Part shown: piece after piece, positions 40,001 to 48,884 of the stretch
How positions within the stretch are numbered: the first letter of the stretch is position 1
How the letters are laid out: every line of letters begins with the position of its first letter
Source: Candidatus Woesearchaeota archaeon
Lineage (GTDB): Archaea > Nanobdellota > Nanobdellia > Woesearchaeales > UBA11576
Assembly: GCA_016929255.1 (NCBI GenBank)
Contig: JAFGJH010000029.1
Coordinates: forward strand, 375-64,374
DNA length: 64,000 bases
Direction of reading: 5' to 3'
Notes under the pieces: generated by a model
Databases searched by the model: none
What the model saw: the letters and a program-made list of their open reading frames with translations, nothing else
Told to the model about the DNA's origin: nothing
Position numbers and translations under genes: made by a program

Positions 40001-40783
40001 TTAACTGCTACTTCGTAACATACTACATATTCTTTCAAACTCCTTCGGCGTTATCTCCCCATACGCCAGCCTTCTCTTGGCAATATCCAGCGGGTCCTCG
40101 GGCTGCTGCGGTGCGGCTGTTATTGACGCTGCCTGGCTCTGCGGTTTGTCATCTACATCCACATCCTCTACCATCTTGTTGAGTTCTGTGTCAAGGATCC
40201 ATGTGTAGGTCAGAGTGGTGTCTATCTCATCATGCCTCATGAAATGCTGCACTTTTTCGATTGGCACGCCATTATTCAATAAATGTGTACACCTGGAATG
40301 CCTCAGCGTATGAAATTTATACTGGTGCTGGACTCTGCCGCAGCCGTCCTCATGGATTGGCTTGAACATCCCTGCCCGTTCCATTGCCTTCTTGTAGTCC
40401 TTGTAGATTCCACTCTTTGTGTAATGGGGCATGCCGTAGATGTCTGAAGGCAGAAAGTATTCCTCATCAGGGTTCATCAGCTTCCACTTCTGCAATACAG
40501 GAATACATACCGAACTTATAGGCACGAAGCCATCCTTGTAGTTCTTGCCCTCAACAACCTTCAAGCGCTTGTTGTCCAGATCAATGTCAGTCCACCTTAA
40601 CTTAGCCACCTCTGAAATACGCAGGGCACAGAAGAAAGCCATAAACGTGGCCATCATGGTCTTGGGTGTGTTGATATGGTCGAACAGCTTAACCATTTCA
40701 TTCTTGAAGAAGACATTCGGATACTTCCGACGTTTCTTCTTGGTTTCCTGTGTCTTGCTTAAAGGTTTTCTTGGCCGCGCCAT
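40001..40783 (-). CDS. Tyrosine recombinase/integrase with C-terminal SHOCT-like domain
   Basis: ALRISE (R), EGK (K), FHTLRHS (HxLR), MRHDEIDTTLTY (H, Y). C-terminal EDPLDIAKRRLAYGEITPKEFE. GGAGG RBS. Confidence 0.93.
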   Translation of the reverse strand: MARPRKPLSKTQETKKKRRKYPNVFFKNEMVKLFDHINTPKTMMATFMAFFCALRISEVAKLRWTDIDLDNKRLKVVEGKNYKDGFVPISSVCIPVLQKWKLMNPDEEYFLPSDIYGMPHYTKSGIYKDYKKAMERAGMFKPIHEDGCGRVQHQYKFHTLRHSRCTHLLNNGVPIEKVQHFMRHDEIDTTLTYTWILDTELNKMVEDVDVDDKPQSQAASITAAPQQPEDPLDIAKRRLAYGEITPKEFERICSMLRSSS

Positions 40784-41181
40784 TTTAGACCTCCAATCAC
40801 AGCCATCATCTCAGCCATGATATCCTTGCCTGCCTTTGTGTTCATCATCCTGCGCCATTCATAGCTCATAGTCATGCCATCCTTGATAGAGACCTTTCTA
40901 GCTTTGAGCTTTTCCTTGACATGAGACGGTGCGCGTTCCAGAAGCAGCCAGCAATAGACCGTCTTTGGGCTCAGCTCGTGCTTCATCAGTAGGTCGTAGA
41001 TTGCCCTTTGTGTCTCATTCAATTCCTTGTGCTTGCCTTCCCGAAAGCTCTGCACCTGCAACACCAATCCAACCAGCTCCTTGTCCGGTGTGTCCTTTGT
41101 GACCGGCTTCAAAATCTGTCGGATGGCTTCTATCCGCTCAAACACATTCATCTTTTTCCATTTCCTGTTCATGGGTTTCAT
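40759..41181 (-). CDS. Hypothetical protein translationally linked to the integrase
   Basis: GAGGT RBS, overlaps the integrase start. Helical, basic. Confidence 0.7.
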   Translation of the reverse strand: MKPMNRKWKKMNVFERIEAIRQILKPVTKDTPDKELVGLVLQVQSFREGKHKELNETQRAIYDLLMKHELSPKTVYCWLLLERAPSHVKEKLKARKVSIKDGMTMSYEWRRMMNTKAGKDIMAEMMAVIGGLKWRGQENL

Positions 41182-41485
41182 ACCTCATGTATAATCCCAG
41201 AACACGAATAAAAACTTTGTATAACAAAGCGATATCAATAAATAGAAACAGCCACATCATCTGGTAAAACAGGGGAAACACCCCCATAAAAACAATCCCG
41301 ACTGCATCGGGATTGTTGAACGGGTAAAAAGGAATGAGTGCCGACTGCATCGGCATCATTCCTTTCTTCCCCATTTTATTTCACTGCGATGCCGGGAGGT
41401 GAGACCAGCGAACCTGAGGTTCGCGCTGACTCGCAGCCCTATTTTTATCCATCCGTGACAGAAAATCGGTTTTTGTGATCTACAA

Positions 41486-41776
41486 TCACTTCTCGAACGC
41501 TTTCAAGCCGCCCTTCTTGAAAAGAGAATATGCGCGAAGGAAACTGAGTATCATATCAGAAGAGTCAAGGCCAGAATACTTCTGAAGAACATGAAAACCT
41601 GACTTGGTATTATTGTCATGCGTCTTGTAGAATATCGAGAAATAGCAATAGAAAAGGCATCGTCCGACGAGCTCGCTGTCAGAAGCGGCCAGCCCCGTGC
41701 CTGAAAACTCATTCATCTTATTCATGAGCGGCCTGAACCTCTCAGCGTTTAGCTTTATCGTGATCTGCTTTGTGAT
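41486..41776 (-). CDS. Hypothetical protein, possible RHH regulator with ATC start
   Basis: GAGGTGA RBS precedes in-frame ATC 41776 (ITKQITIKLNAERFRPLMNKM...). The track calls the downstream ATG 41725. Confidence 0.5.
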   Translation of the reverse strand: MTKQITIKLNAERFRPLMNKMNEFSGTGLAASDSELVGRCLFYCYFSIFYKTHDNNTKSGFHVLQKYSGLDSSDMILSFLRAYSLFKKGGLKAFEK

Positions 41777-41941
41777 TCAATCACCTCTAAAGCGCATGAT
41801 ATCTTCAGGCAACACATAAAATAGGCTATTATTTAATTGTTTTGAAAATCGCCAGGACTGCAGCCCATGCCAAAAATGTCACACTTTCGTCTGTTTCTTC
41901 CCAATTTTGTTTATAAATCTGTTTAACATACATATCACATC

Positions 41942-42199
41942 ATGACATATTCGTCTTGCTGTGAAAATGAGAATTATTGCGCGAGCCAGGGCAGTGCAGG
42001 GAGCGGTACGGGCAGAGACAACCCTATAAGGGACGCGTACGGAAGCAGCATCCTGCAGACCAGCAATTCTGAACACAGCTGGTACCAGAACGGAAACAGC
42101 AATCCGGGCTATGATGCAGGCATAAACAAGGTAGCTGGAGCGTACACGAGCACACCTGTTTGCGGCAGATTCGAGGCTGCGAACAACCTCCTGCTGTGA
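41942..42199 (+). CDS. Small Ser/Gly/Asn/Cys-rich ORF (possibly a frameshifted N-terminus of the next gene)
   Basis: Follows TTTATAAA and ends 2 nt before the next ATG. Confidence 0.45.
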   Translation: MTYSSCCENENYCASQGSAGSGTGRDNPIRDAYGSSILQTSNSEHSWYQNGNSNPGYDAGINKVAGAYTSTPVCGRFEAANNLLL

Positions 42200-42201
42200 A
42201 G

Positions 42202-43146
42202 ATGGGCTACGCACCATGCAACAGCTGCTACAGCGCGGCATCAGCCATGCGCCTTGAGCAGGCAGTCAACAAGTTCTACATAAACGGAGATGTGCACATA
42301 AACAACGGCAGCATAAACCAAGGTATACAGCACACGATAGCCGCGCAGAGGACGGGCGACGTGCATGTCTACAGCCAAAGCATAGACAACAGGGTCGGAG
42401 TGCAGCAGGTAAATTATGTGCTGAACATGGATAACAGGAAGGTCGAGTTCGTCTCTCCCTATATTGGCGGAGAAGGACGGCATGAATCGGGTTACGACAC
42501 CAGAAACAGCAGGTATCTCCTCTCCAGCCCTCCGGACAGCCATGACAATAGCCAGGCATCCTCTTATCAGCAGACAATAACTTCAGGCCTGCTCAAGCCA
42601 AAGCGCCCCCTCACACAGTTCGTTGAGAGCGCAGAGGAGATAGAAGGCATCGTCCGCGAGACATTCGAGAAGCTGACGGGACAGGAATTCCCCGACGACA
42701 TAGTCGTGCGGGTGCTGGCAGAGGAAGAGATGAAGAGAGCGCACAAGGCGAACGGCGGGAAGTGGAGCCCCGGGATAATGGGATTCGCGCTGAACAGGGC
42801 GCCGTACCCGAGCGCGATCTTCGTGCGGAAGAACCACCTCGACGCACTGATGTTGACGGTCGGCCACGAGCTGGGCCACGTGCTCAGCGAAAGGCTTCCC
42901 AATGAGCTGGATGAAGAAGCTAAAGCATTCGCATTCGAGCTCGCCTGGACAAAGTGCATAATCAAGAACGACATCGGCGGGCTCGCGGCGAACTTCAATG
43001 CAGACTTCATGCCCGCAGCAAACGGACTTCATGACAGGGCATTCGCGTTCGTGCAGAGCCTGGTCAGGAAAGGCAAGGAAGCGCTGAAAGTATTCTGGGA
43101 GATAGCCAAAGGTGCTGCCCGTTTCGATGAAAAAGCATTTATATGA
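42202..43146 (+). CDS. Zincin-like metallopeptidase (HExxH) with low-complexity N-terminus
   Basis: GIMGFA, TVGHELGHVL, downstream EEAKAFAF as third ligand. Confidence 0.75.
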   Translation: MGYAPCNSCYSAASAMRLEQAVNKFYINGDVHINNGSINQGIQHTIAAQRTGDVHVYSQSIDNRVGVQQVNYVLNMDNRKVEFVSPYIGGEGRHESGYDTRNSRYLLSSPPDSHDNSQASSYQQTITSGLLKPKRPLTQFVESAEEIEGIVRETFEKLTGQEFPDDIVVRVLAEEEMKRAHKANGGKWSPGIMGFALNRAPYPSAIFVRKNHLDALMLTVGHELGHVLSERLPNELDEEAKAFAFELAWTKCIIKNDIGGLAANFNADFMPAANGLHDRAFAFVQSLVRKGKEALKVFWEIAKGAARFDEKAFI

Positions 43147-43598
43147 CGACACATAATCCTCCCCTCATGGAAACAAAGCAGGAGGTCACTAACAAGTTCA
43201 TCGTTGGACTTACCCTGATCATAGCGTCACTGGTTATAGGAAAACTGGTCCTAATACCCATCATACTGTTCACTCAGAACCTTAAGTGGGAATCAGCAAT
43301 GATCATCACATACATATTCTCATGGGTGATACTGTTCACAGGCATCGGCTTTGCAGGATGGGAAGGGTACAGGCTGGTGACGCACAAGTACAGGGAATAC
43401 CAAAGAAGGACAATAGAGCAGGTCAAGCACCACAGCAGGAAAGCTGCAGAGCACACCAAGAACGCAGCATACAAGACAAAGGAGATGGCGAATAAGACAA
43501 GGTGTGTGACCCTGCAGGGTGTGGACAGGCTCAAGAAAAATCTCCGTGCATCCGAAAAAGAGCTCATGAAAGGGATACGCAGGAAACGCGGGCTGTGA
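43143..43598 (+). CDS. 2-TM membrane protein with basic C-terminal tail
   Basis: ATGA overlap with the peptidase gene and two hydrophobic helices. Confidence 0.75.
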   Translation: MTTHNPPLMETKQEVTNKFIVGLTLIIASLVIGKLVLIPIILFTQNLKWESAMIITYIFSWVILFTGIGFAGWEGYRLVTHKYREYQRRTIEQVKHHSRKAAEHTKNAAYKTKEMANKTRCVTLQGVDRLKKNLRASEKELMKGIRRKRGL

Positions 43599-43712
43599 CT
43601 TTTTAGTCCCAGAAACACCTATTCTTCTTCAAAAGTATTTATAAAGGAAGATGTCTTTATACCCTGCATCAGAATATTTTGTCATTAGTAATGGTAGAAC
43701 GGAGGGCATAAA

Positions 43713-44003
43713 ATGGCAATCAAGGAAGTCAAGACCGGAACGAAACCGGCAGCAAAACCGATGGCGGGAGGCGCAAGCAAGGACGAGCAGGTAGGATTCC
43801 ACAAAGGAGCGCTTTCCACACTGGCAAAAGAGAGGGAAGAGATGCTCAAGATACTGAGCATAGTGGAGCAGCTCATGCAGATGCATGTCGCAGCGCTCAA
43901 AGAGCTCGGAGTGGATCTGGAGAGGATGGCCAAGCAGGCGCAGGCAGCGCAGGCGACAGCAAAGGCAGGCAAGCCCGCACCGCTTGAGAAGAAGCTCAGG
44001 TAA
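43713..44003 (+). CDS. Small helical hypothetical protein
   Basis: GGAGG RBS. EQVGFHKGALSTLAKEREEM core. Confidence 0.8.
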   Translation: MAIKEVKTGTKPAAKPMAGGASKDEQVGFHKGALSTLAKEREEMLKILSIVEQLMQMHVAALKELGVDLERMAKQAQAAQATAKAGKPAPLEKKLR

Positions 44004-44252
44004 AATATTTTTCATTTTTCCATCAGCCCTTTCATCACAGGCTCGCATGTCGGCTGCGGCGGTGTTAACTGCGCTTATGCATACCACAAAGAGGCGTTTT
44101 TCTCCAAAGGCAGCAGCACAATCCTGGTCACGGATGTCACACTATCCTGCAGTCCAGCCCAACAGTGCTTAAAAGCGAACAGCCCATAATCATCCCCGGG
44201 TGGTATGGGATGTCACAAAGTCACAGCCACACTAAAGATATGAGGGATTGGG

Positions 44253-44912
44253 ATGCAGGAACAAGCACAGGCAAGCACGCCCGCAAAGGACATTTACTCT
44301 GACGGAATAAAAGAGGCAGGCAAGCTGGACACCCAGAGCGGCAGGAAAGCCAACATGATCCAGAGGGCATACGAGGCAGCAGTATCAGACCTCGGATACT
44401 CCGACAAGGAGCTGATGGACCCTTCGAAAGCAAAGAAGGTCGCCAAGCTGATGTTCAGCGACAGGTACCTCGGCAACGCCGGGTTCAACCCGCTCGTCGG
44501 CAAAGACTTCACGAAGCTGGACGCGATAGAACAGCAGAGGGAATACGAGCACTCGCTCGGCATGAACCTTGACTCATTCGTCCGCAACGGAGGGGTCATC
44601 GACAGGTACGGAGGACTGAGGAGAGGCTCAATAACCGACGCTGTAGAGAGGCACTTCACAGCACAGACAGCACAGCATCTCGCAGGGCTCGCGTGGCAGA
44701 AGGCATACGACCCTGACAGATCACTGTCAGAGAACATGGCAAGCTACGCCAGGGTGCTCAGCGAAGACCCAATACTGGCGCACACAGGAGCGAAGCTTGA
44801 CCCTGGGAAGTTCGACAGCGTCGACGACATAGCACAGGCGCTAACCACATCCTGGGCAGGAAGGTCTTCAAGGGAAGGGTACCAGTACAAGCACTGTGTC
44901 GATTTCAACTGA
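44253..44912 (+). CDS. Hypothetical protein
   Basis: GAGG RBS and host codon use. Confidence 0.78.
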   Translation: MQEQAQASTPAKDIYSDGIKEAGKLDTQSGRKANMIQRAYEAAVSDLGYSDKELMDPSKAKKVAKLMFSDRYLGNAGFNPLVGKDFTKLDAIEQQREYEHSLGMNLDSFVRNGGVIDRYGGLRRGSITDAVERHFTAQTAQHLAGLAWQKAYDPDRSLSENMASYARVLSEDPILAHTGAKLDPGKFDSVDDIAQALTTSWAGRSSREGYQYKHCVDFN

Positions 44913-44952
44913 TGCCTGAAATGTTTTTTCATTTTTATTTTAATATCTGACC

Positions 44953-46008
44953 ATGGAAGCGAACACAGCATACAGGATATCGCAGTATCCGGCACGTGAA
45001 GGTTCAGATAGTTCCACCTCTTACTTCTGCAGAGCTGACAGCGACCATGAAAGGAAGAAAAAAGAGCTCACATACATGATCAGGAAGGAGATTGACGCAG
45101 AGATACATCCCCATTTAAGGGAAATATCCCACCGGTTCGCGCAAGGGATAACGGACCTGCTCTACACATCCGGCAGGGAAGAACCTTTTCCGACGAGAAG
45201 GCAGACCCTCGACTACTTCGACAGGTCATTCATGCAGAGAGAGCTGAGGAGGGTCAAGGGAAACATAACCCAGTACGCAAGGGACGCGCTCGGCGCAGTG
45301 GACGAGGGCGAAGTGAACAACCTGCGCAGGAACGTCTACAGGCAGATAGAGAAGTACGGACTTGGCGGCCTCGTGGACGCGGCAAGGCCGTGGAAGCAGA
45401 CACCTCTCGAAGACACCATAAACCTGAACTATGTCAAGCCTGACAAGGTAGAGACCACGCTCACCGGCGTGCTCTCAGGATACAAGAATGTCATAAACCC
45501 GGGGCTCTACGACGACATAAGCGCAAGGATAAAGGAAAAGGCACCAGTCATAGCAGAGAGGATATCCCCTTATGCTCCTACACCTGAGAACAGGCTGAAA
45601 GACATCATGGGCACCACTGAAGGGGTGAGAAGCTACACAGGAGCCAGACAGACATTCGAGAGGCAGGTGGTCTATGACGCGCTGTCAGCAGCAGGATTCG
45701 ACAAGAGCAAAGCAGCAAAGTACCTCGGAGACTCGCTCAGGACGCTCAACAGGAGGATAGCAGAGCTAGGCATGGAAGAGCAGGCAAGGAAAGGAGAGCA
45801 GACAAATGAGATGCCGCGTGACAATGTCGTGCGCATAGACGAGTTCGTGCAGAAGAAGCTTGAGCCAGACATGCCGCCCCGGGCAGTCGGCGAGATAGAG
45901 AGGTTCCAGCAGCTGGTCAGGGAATACAATGCGAGGAGGGAATCAGCAAGAGAGAAGAAAGGACAGAAGAATAAACAGCAGAAGGTCAAGATAATGATTG
46001 CTGATTAG
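44953..46008 (+). CDS. Tandem Fis-type HTH protein, paralog of 30581-31216
   Basis: GNITQYAR...RRNVYRQIEKYGL and ARQTFERQVVYDAL...DKSKAAKYLGDSLRTLNRRIAELGM. Linker VLSGYKNVINP matches VLEHYKTIIHP of the paralog. Confidence 0.78.
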   Translation: MEANTAYRISQYPAREGSDSSTSYFCRADSDHERKKKELTYMIRKEIDAEIHPHLREISHRFAQGITDLLYTSGREEPFPTRRQTLDYFDRSFMQRELRRVKGNITQYARDALGAVDEGEVNNLRRNVYRQIEKYGLGGLVDAARPWKQTPLEDTINLNYVKPDKVETTLTGVLSGYKNVINPGLYDDISARIKEKAPVIAERISPYAPTPENRLKDIMGTTEGVRSYTGARQTFERQVVYDALSAAGFDKSKAAKYLGDSLRTLNRRIAELGMEEQARKGEQTNEMPRDNVVRIDEFVQKKLEPDMPPRAVGEIERFQQLVREYNARRESAREKKGQKNKQQKVKIMIAD

Positions 46009-46071
46009 GTATCCTGCAAAACATTTAAATATGCTCCTTCTTTGAAAGCCATATAAAGAGGTATCTGCATC

Positions 46072-46635
46072 ATGACCCTGATAAAAAAAGCGGTGAATGA
46101 AGGCAAATCAGCCGATCCAAAAGATGACCTTCTCAGGTACATGAGTCTTGCGGTGGACACAGAGAAGCGAGGAATAGAATTCTACACCGAGGCCAAGAAG
46201 AAGGTCAACGACTACAACATGACACGGCTCATGGACGTCCTGCTGGAGCAGGAATGCATACACCTCAAGTTCTTCACAGACATCTACAACGCAGAGAAGA
46301 AGAAAGGGCTTGAAGAGGCGGCAGACAAGGCTGCAGCATACAAAGGACAGCCCGCGTTGAAGAGCCCCCTGTTCAGCACGCAGCACCTGCACGAGGCGGT
46401 CAAGAAGAAGACCACCATATACCACCTCTTCAACCAGGCAGCGGAATTCGAGCAGAAAGGCCACGACCTGTACATGGACCTCGCAAAGAGGATAAAGAAC
46501 AGGAAGATAAGCGACTTCCTGAAGATGGTCGCGGCAGAGGAGCTCAGGCACAGGGACTTCATACTCATGCACCAGGAAGCCATATACGACACAGGCCACT
46601 GGCTGGGCCTGGAGCACGTAAGGCTGGAGATGTGA
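46072..46635 (+). CDS. Ferritin-like/rubrerythrin-family di-iron protein
   Basis: Two repeats of A..E.....FY/LY ... (Q/E)ExxH (EQECIH, EELRH). Confidence 0.88.
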   Translation: MTLIKKAVNEGKSADPKDDLLRYMSLAVDTEKRGIEFYTEAKKKVNDYNMTRLMDVLLEQECIHLKFFTDIYNAEKKKGLEEAADKAAAYKGQPALKSPLFSTQHLHEAVKKKTTIYHLFNQAAEFEQKGHDLYMDLAKRIKNRKISDFLKMVAAEELRHRDFILMHQEAIYDTGHWLGLEHVRLEM

Positions 46636-46824
46636 TTTCCATTATTTCTATGGCAGCATCAAAGCATGCTAAAAGCATGCTAGACCTGCTGCGCCGGATT
46701 TGATGCTGCAGCGGACATATTTGTCACGCATTCTTACATTCCCGTTGATAAAACACTATAAACCATGCCCGCATATATACTGCCGGGCAGTCCTGGAACT
46801 GCACTAATGTCACAGGTGATATGT

Positions 46825-47391
46825 ATGCAGAAAGAAACCGACAACGCAAGCATGAGGGCCCCGATATATTTGGGAGACAACCTGTCAAAAGAGGATGGAA
46901 AAAAGAAGGGCAGCAAGGAAAAGAGGCAGTATGATGAGGCACTGAAAAGGTTCCTTAAGGAGCTTGGCATAGACCCTATCGAAGATGAGGATGACCTGCT
47001 GATGGTGCCCGGCAGGCTGGCATATCTTGGAGGCGGCGAGAAGGGGATGACCGGAATGATGTCCTCAATACCTTACAGCACACCGCCGTCGATGATGGGC
47101 AGAGGAGGATACGGGCCGATGGCAGTCCAGCCAGGCATGAGGTCGCCGCAGATGCCCTATCTTGGAGACAGCAACACATCAATGATCAGCATAAGCTACA
47201 CATCACCTGACGGCACGCTGTACCACATGGGCGTGACCGCGCCGCAAGAGTACAGAGGAAAGGCGCTCTACAATGTCCTGTGCGGACTCTACGGGCTGAT
47301 GATGGCTGAAGGAGACAAGTCAGGGAAGTACAGCGGAGGTAAAGGAATAAAAGGATATGCAGGCAGCAGCTATGCTAGTGGAGGGAAGTAG
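46825..47391 (+). CDS. Hypothetical Gly/Met/Tyr-rich protein
   Basis: AGGTGA RBS before ATG 46825. Recurrent YLG motif. Confidence 0.72.
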   Translation: MQKETDNASMRAPIYLGDNLSKEDGKKKGSKEKRQYDEALKRFLKELGIDPIEDEDDLLMVPGRLAYLGGGEKGMTGMMSSIPYSTPPSMMGRGGYGPMAVQPGMRSPQMPYLGDSNTSMISISYTSPDGTLYHMGVTAPQEYRGKALYNVLCGLYGLMMAEGDKSGKYSGGKGIKGYAGSSYASGGK

Positions 47392-47418
47392 ACATCTCTG
47401 TTAGGATGTACTCCAACT

Positions 47419-47545
47419 AGCAGCGCCGCCGTGATTTCGCGAGGCTTGGCGGTTGATTACGCAAGAGCGTTACGGGGGTTGCCCCATCCGGGGAAGTAGT
47501 TCCCTTAGCGATGTTACCAGAAGCCGAGCCTCACGCGGCGCTGCT
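47419..47545 (+). other. Intergenic structured element (candidate ncRNA/3' UTR)
   Basis: AGCAGCGCCGC/GCGGCGCTGCT and GAGGCTTGGC/GCCGAGCCTC stems enclose two inner hairpins. Confidence 0.5.
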
Positions 47546-47592
47546 CCATCATTTGAAAACATTTAAAAAAAGAAGGTGATTCCATCCCCTCC

Positions 47593-48111
47593 ATGATCGA
47601 GCTTGAGAAGACATACCTGGCAAAGTCAGTCCCAAAAGGCCTTGCTGAGTGCAGGTCAAAGGAGATAATAGACATATACATACCAAGATCACACCTGCAT
47701 CCCAAACTGAGGATACGAAAGAACGGCGACAGGTACGAGATGACAAAGAAAGAGCCTGTCGCTGACGACGCATCAGAGCAGGAAGAGCAGACCATCATCC
47801 TGACAGAAGAAGAGTTCAACGCACTCAACAAGCTTGACGGGAAGAAGACCCGCAAAATCCGCTATCACTACCCGCACGACGGCAGGATGGCAGAGATAGA
47901 TGTCTTTGAGGGAGCGCTCAAAGGTCTCATAGTCATTGATTTTGAGTTCGACACAGAAGAGGATAAGGAAACTTTCGCCATGCCTGAATTCTGCCTTGCT
48001 GAAGTCACGCAGGAGGAGTTCATAGCAGGCGGGATGGTCTGCGGCAGGAAGTACGAAGACCTTAAGAAAGACCTTAGAAGGTACAATTATAAGAAACTAT
48101 TTCTTGACTGA
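47593..48111 (+). CDS. CYTH-domain protein (triphosphate tunnel metalloenzyme)
   Basis: IELEKTYL (ExExK), LRIRK, TKK, KIRY, EIDVF, DFEF, EVT. Confidence 0.9.
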   Translation: MIELEKTYLAKSVPKGLAECRSKEIIDIYIPRSHLHPKLRIRKNGDRYEMTKKEPVADDASEQEEQTIILTEEEFNALNKLDGKKTRKIRYHYPHDGRMAEIDVFEGALKGLIVIDFEFDTEEDKETFAMPEFCLAEVTQEEFIAGGMVCGRKYEDLKKDLRRYNYKKLFLD

Positions 48112-48627
48112 AAGTCCATATATGCTGAATGATGCCCCTTTCACAGACAGCTGCCTTTCAGGATTCAGCGTCAGGGGCCTGAATATGTTGTCAGCGATGA
48201 TGAGCGTGCCCTTGAACTGATCGACGATGTTCTTCTCGAGCCTGTAGAAATAGTTGTCCGGGTTGATGAAGATGACATCATATGCTGACAGGTCCTCCTC
48301 AAGATAGTCAGCATTCTTCAGCAAGTAATCAAGGCAGAGCCTGCCCCTCATCTCAAGAGCGGCCTTATGGAGCCCGTCATCCGCCTCGATGCCTGCAGCG
48401 CGGGTGAAGAGCGAGGCGACTGCGACGACAATGCCGTCACCAGAACCAAGATCGGCAAAGCCCTTGTATCTCTCCAGGCCGAGCTGCCTGAAAAGCTCAA
48501 ACAAGTGCGCAGGGTTTGAAGAGGCCCAGTAGCCGACCTTTGTCGGTCGCTGGGCATTGTGCGACATTATCAGCCTTCTGCGCCGTCTCGAGTATTCCCT
48601 GTTTATCATATCAAACTTTTCCTGCAT
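48097..48627 (-). CDS. Class I SAM-dependent methyltransferase
   Basis: FADLGSGDGIVV motif I, GIEAD, ADYL, DVIFINPD. Confidence 0.87.
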   Translation of the reverse strand: MQEKFDMINREYSRRRRRLIMSHNAQRPTKVGYWASSNPAHLFELFRQLGLERYKGFADLGSGDGIVVAVASLFTRAAGIEADDGLHKAALEMRGRLCLDYLLKNADYLEEDLSAYDVIFINPDNYFYRLEKNIVDQFKGTLIIADNIFRPLTLNPERQLSVKGASFSIYGLSVKK

Positions 48628-48884
48628 GATAATCGCTGAGAGAAAAAGCCTTTTATTAATATTGCCATTTGCTTAAAAAACCGGGCGGGTGCTACTCTGC
48701 CATGTTGCTGGAGGCTGCAGCCACGCCGCTATTCTGTACTCGGTTGCTATTTGATCATCTCACTGTTGGTTGCTGCGCAAACACTGCTGCATCAATAGGA
48801 AGTGCAACCCATTCCGCTTCAATTACCTGACTGCACGCAAGAGGCGGTGGCTGCCGCCAAATAAAGACAGATATAAAGAAGAAC

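Larger units (their letters stand above)
31810..41830. mobile_element. tRNA-Pro-adjacent integrative genomic island (boundaries approximate)
   Basis: Abrupt shift to AT-rich DNA and different codon use right after tRNA-Pro. Carries an RM enzyme, RHH regulators and a tyrosine integrase. Host-like sequence resumes near 41.9 kb. No convincing attR found. Confidence 0.7.

Noticed and set aside
41138-41374. 78-aa minus-strand ORF
   Set aside because: Overlaps the twin-hairpin region and the 140-aa gene start, with no supporting motif.
41369-41460. Possible attR (CCCCATTTTATT, GCCCTATTTTTATCC) resembling the tRNA-Pro 3' flank
   Set aside because: Short, imperfect and low-complexity. Island-like genes continue beyond it, and no copy of the T-arm was found.
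47419-47545. SRP RNA, RNase P RNA or SECIS
   Set aside because: Lacks the SRP helix-8 CAGG/GRAA/AGCA motif and the RNase P GAGGAAAGUCC motif. No in-frame UGA gene is evident nearby.
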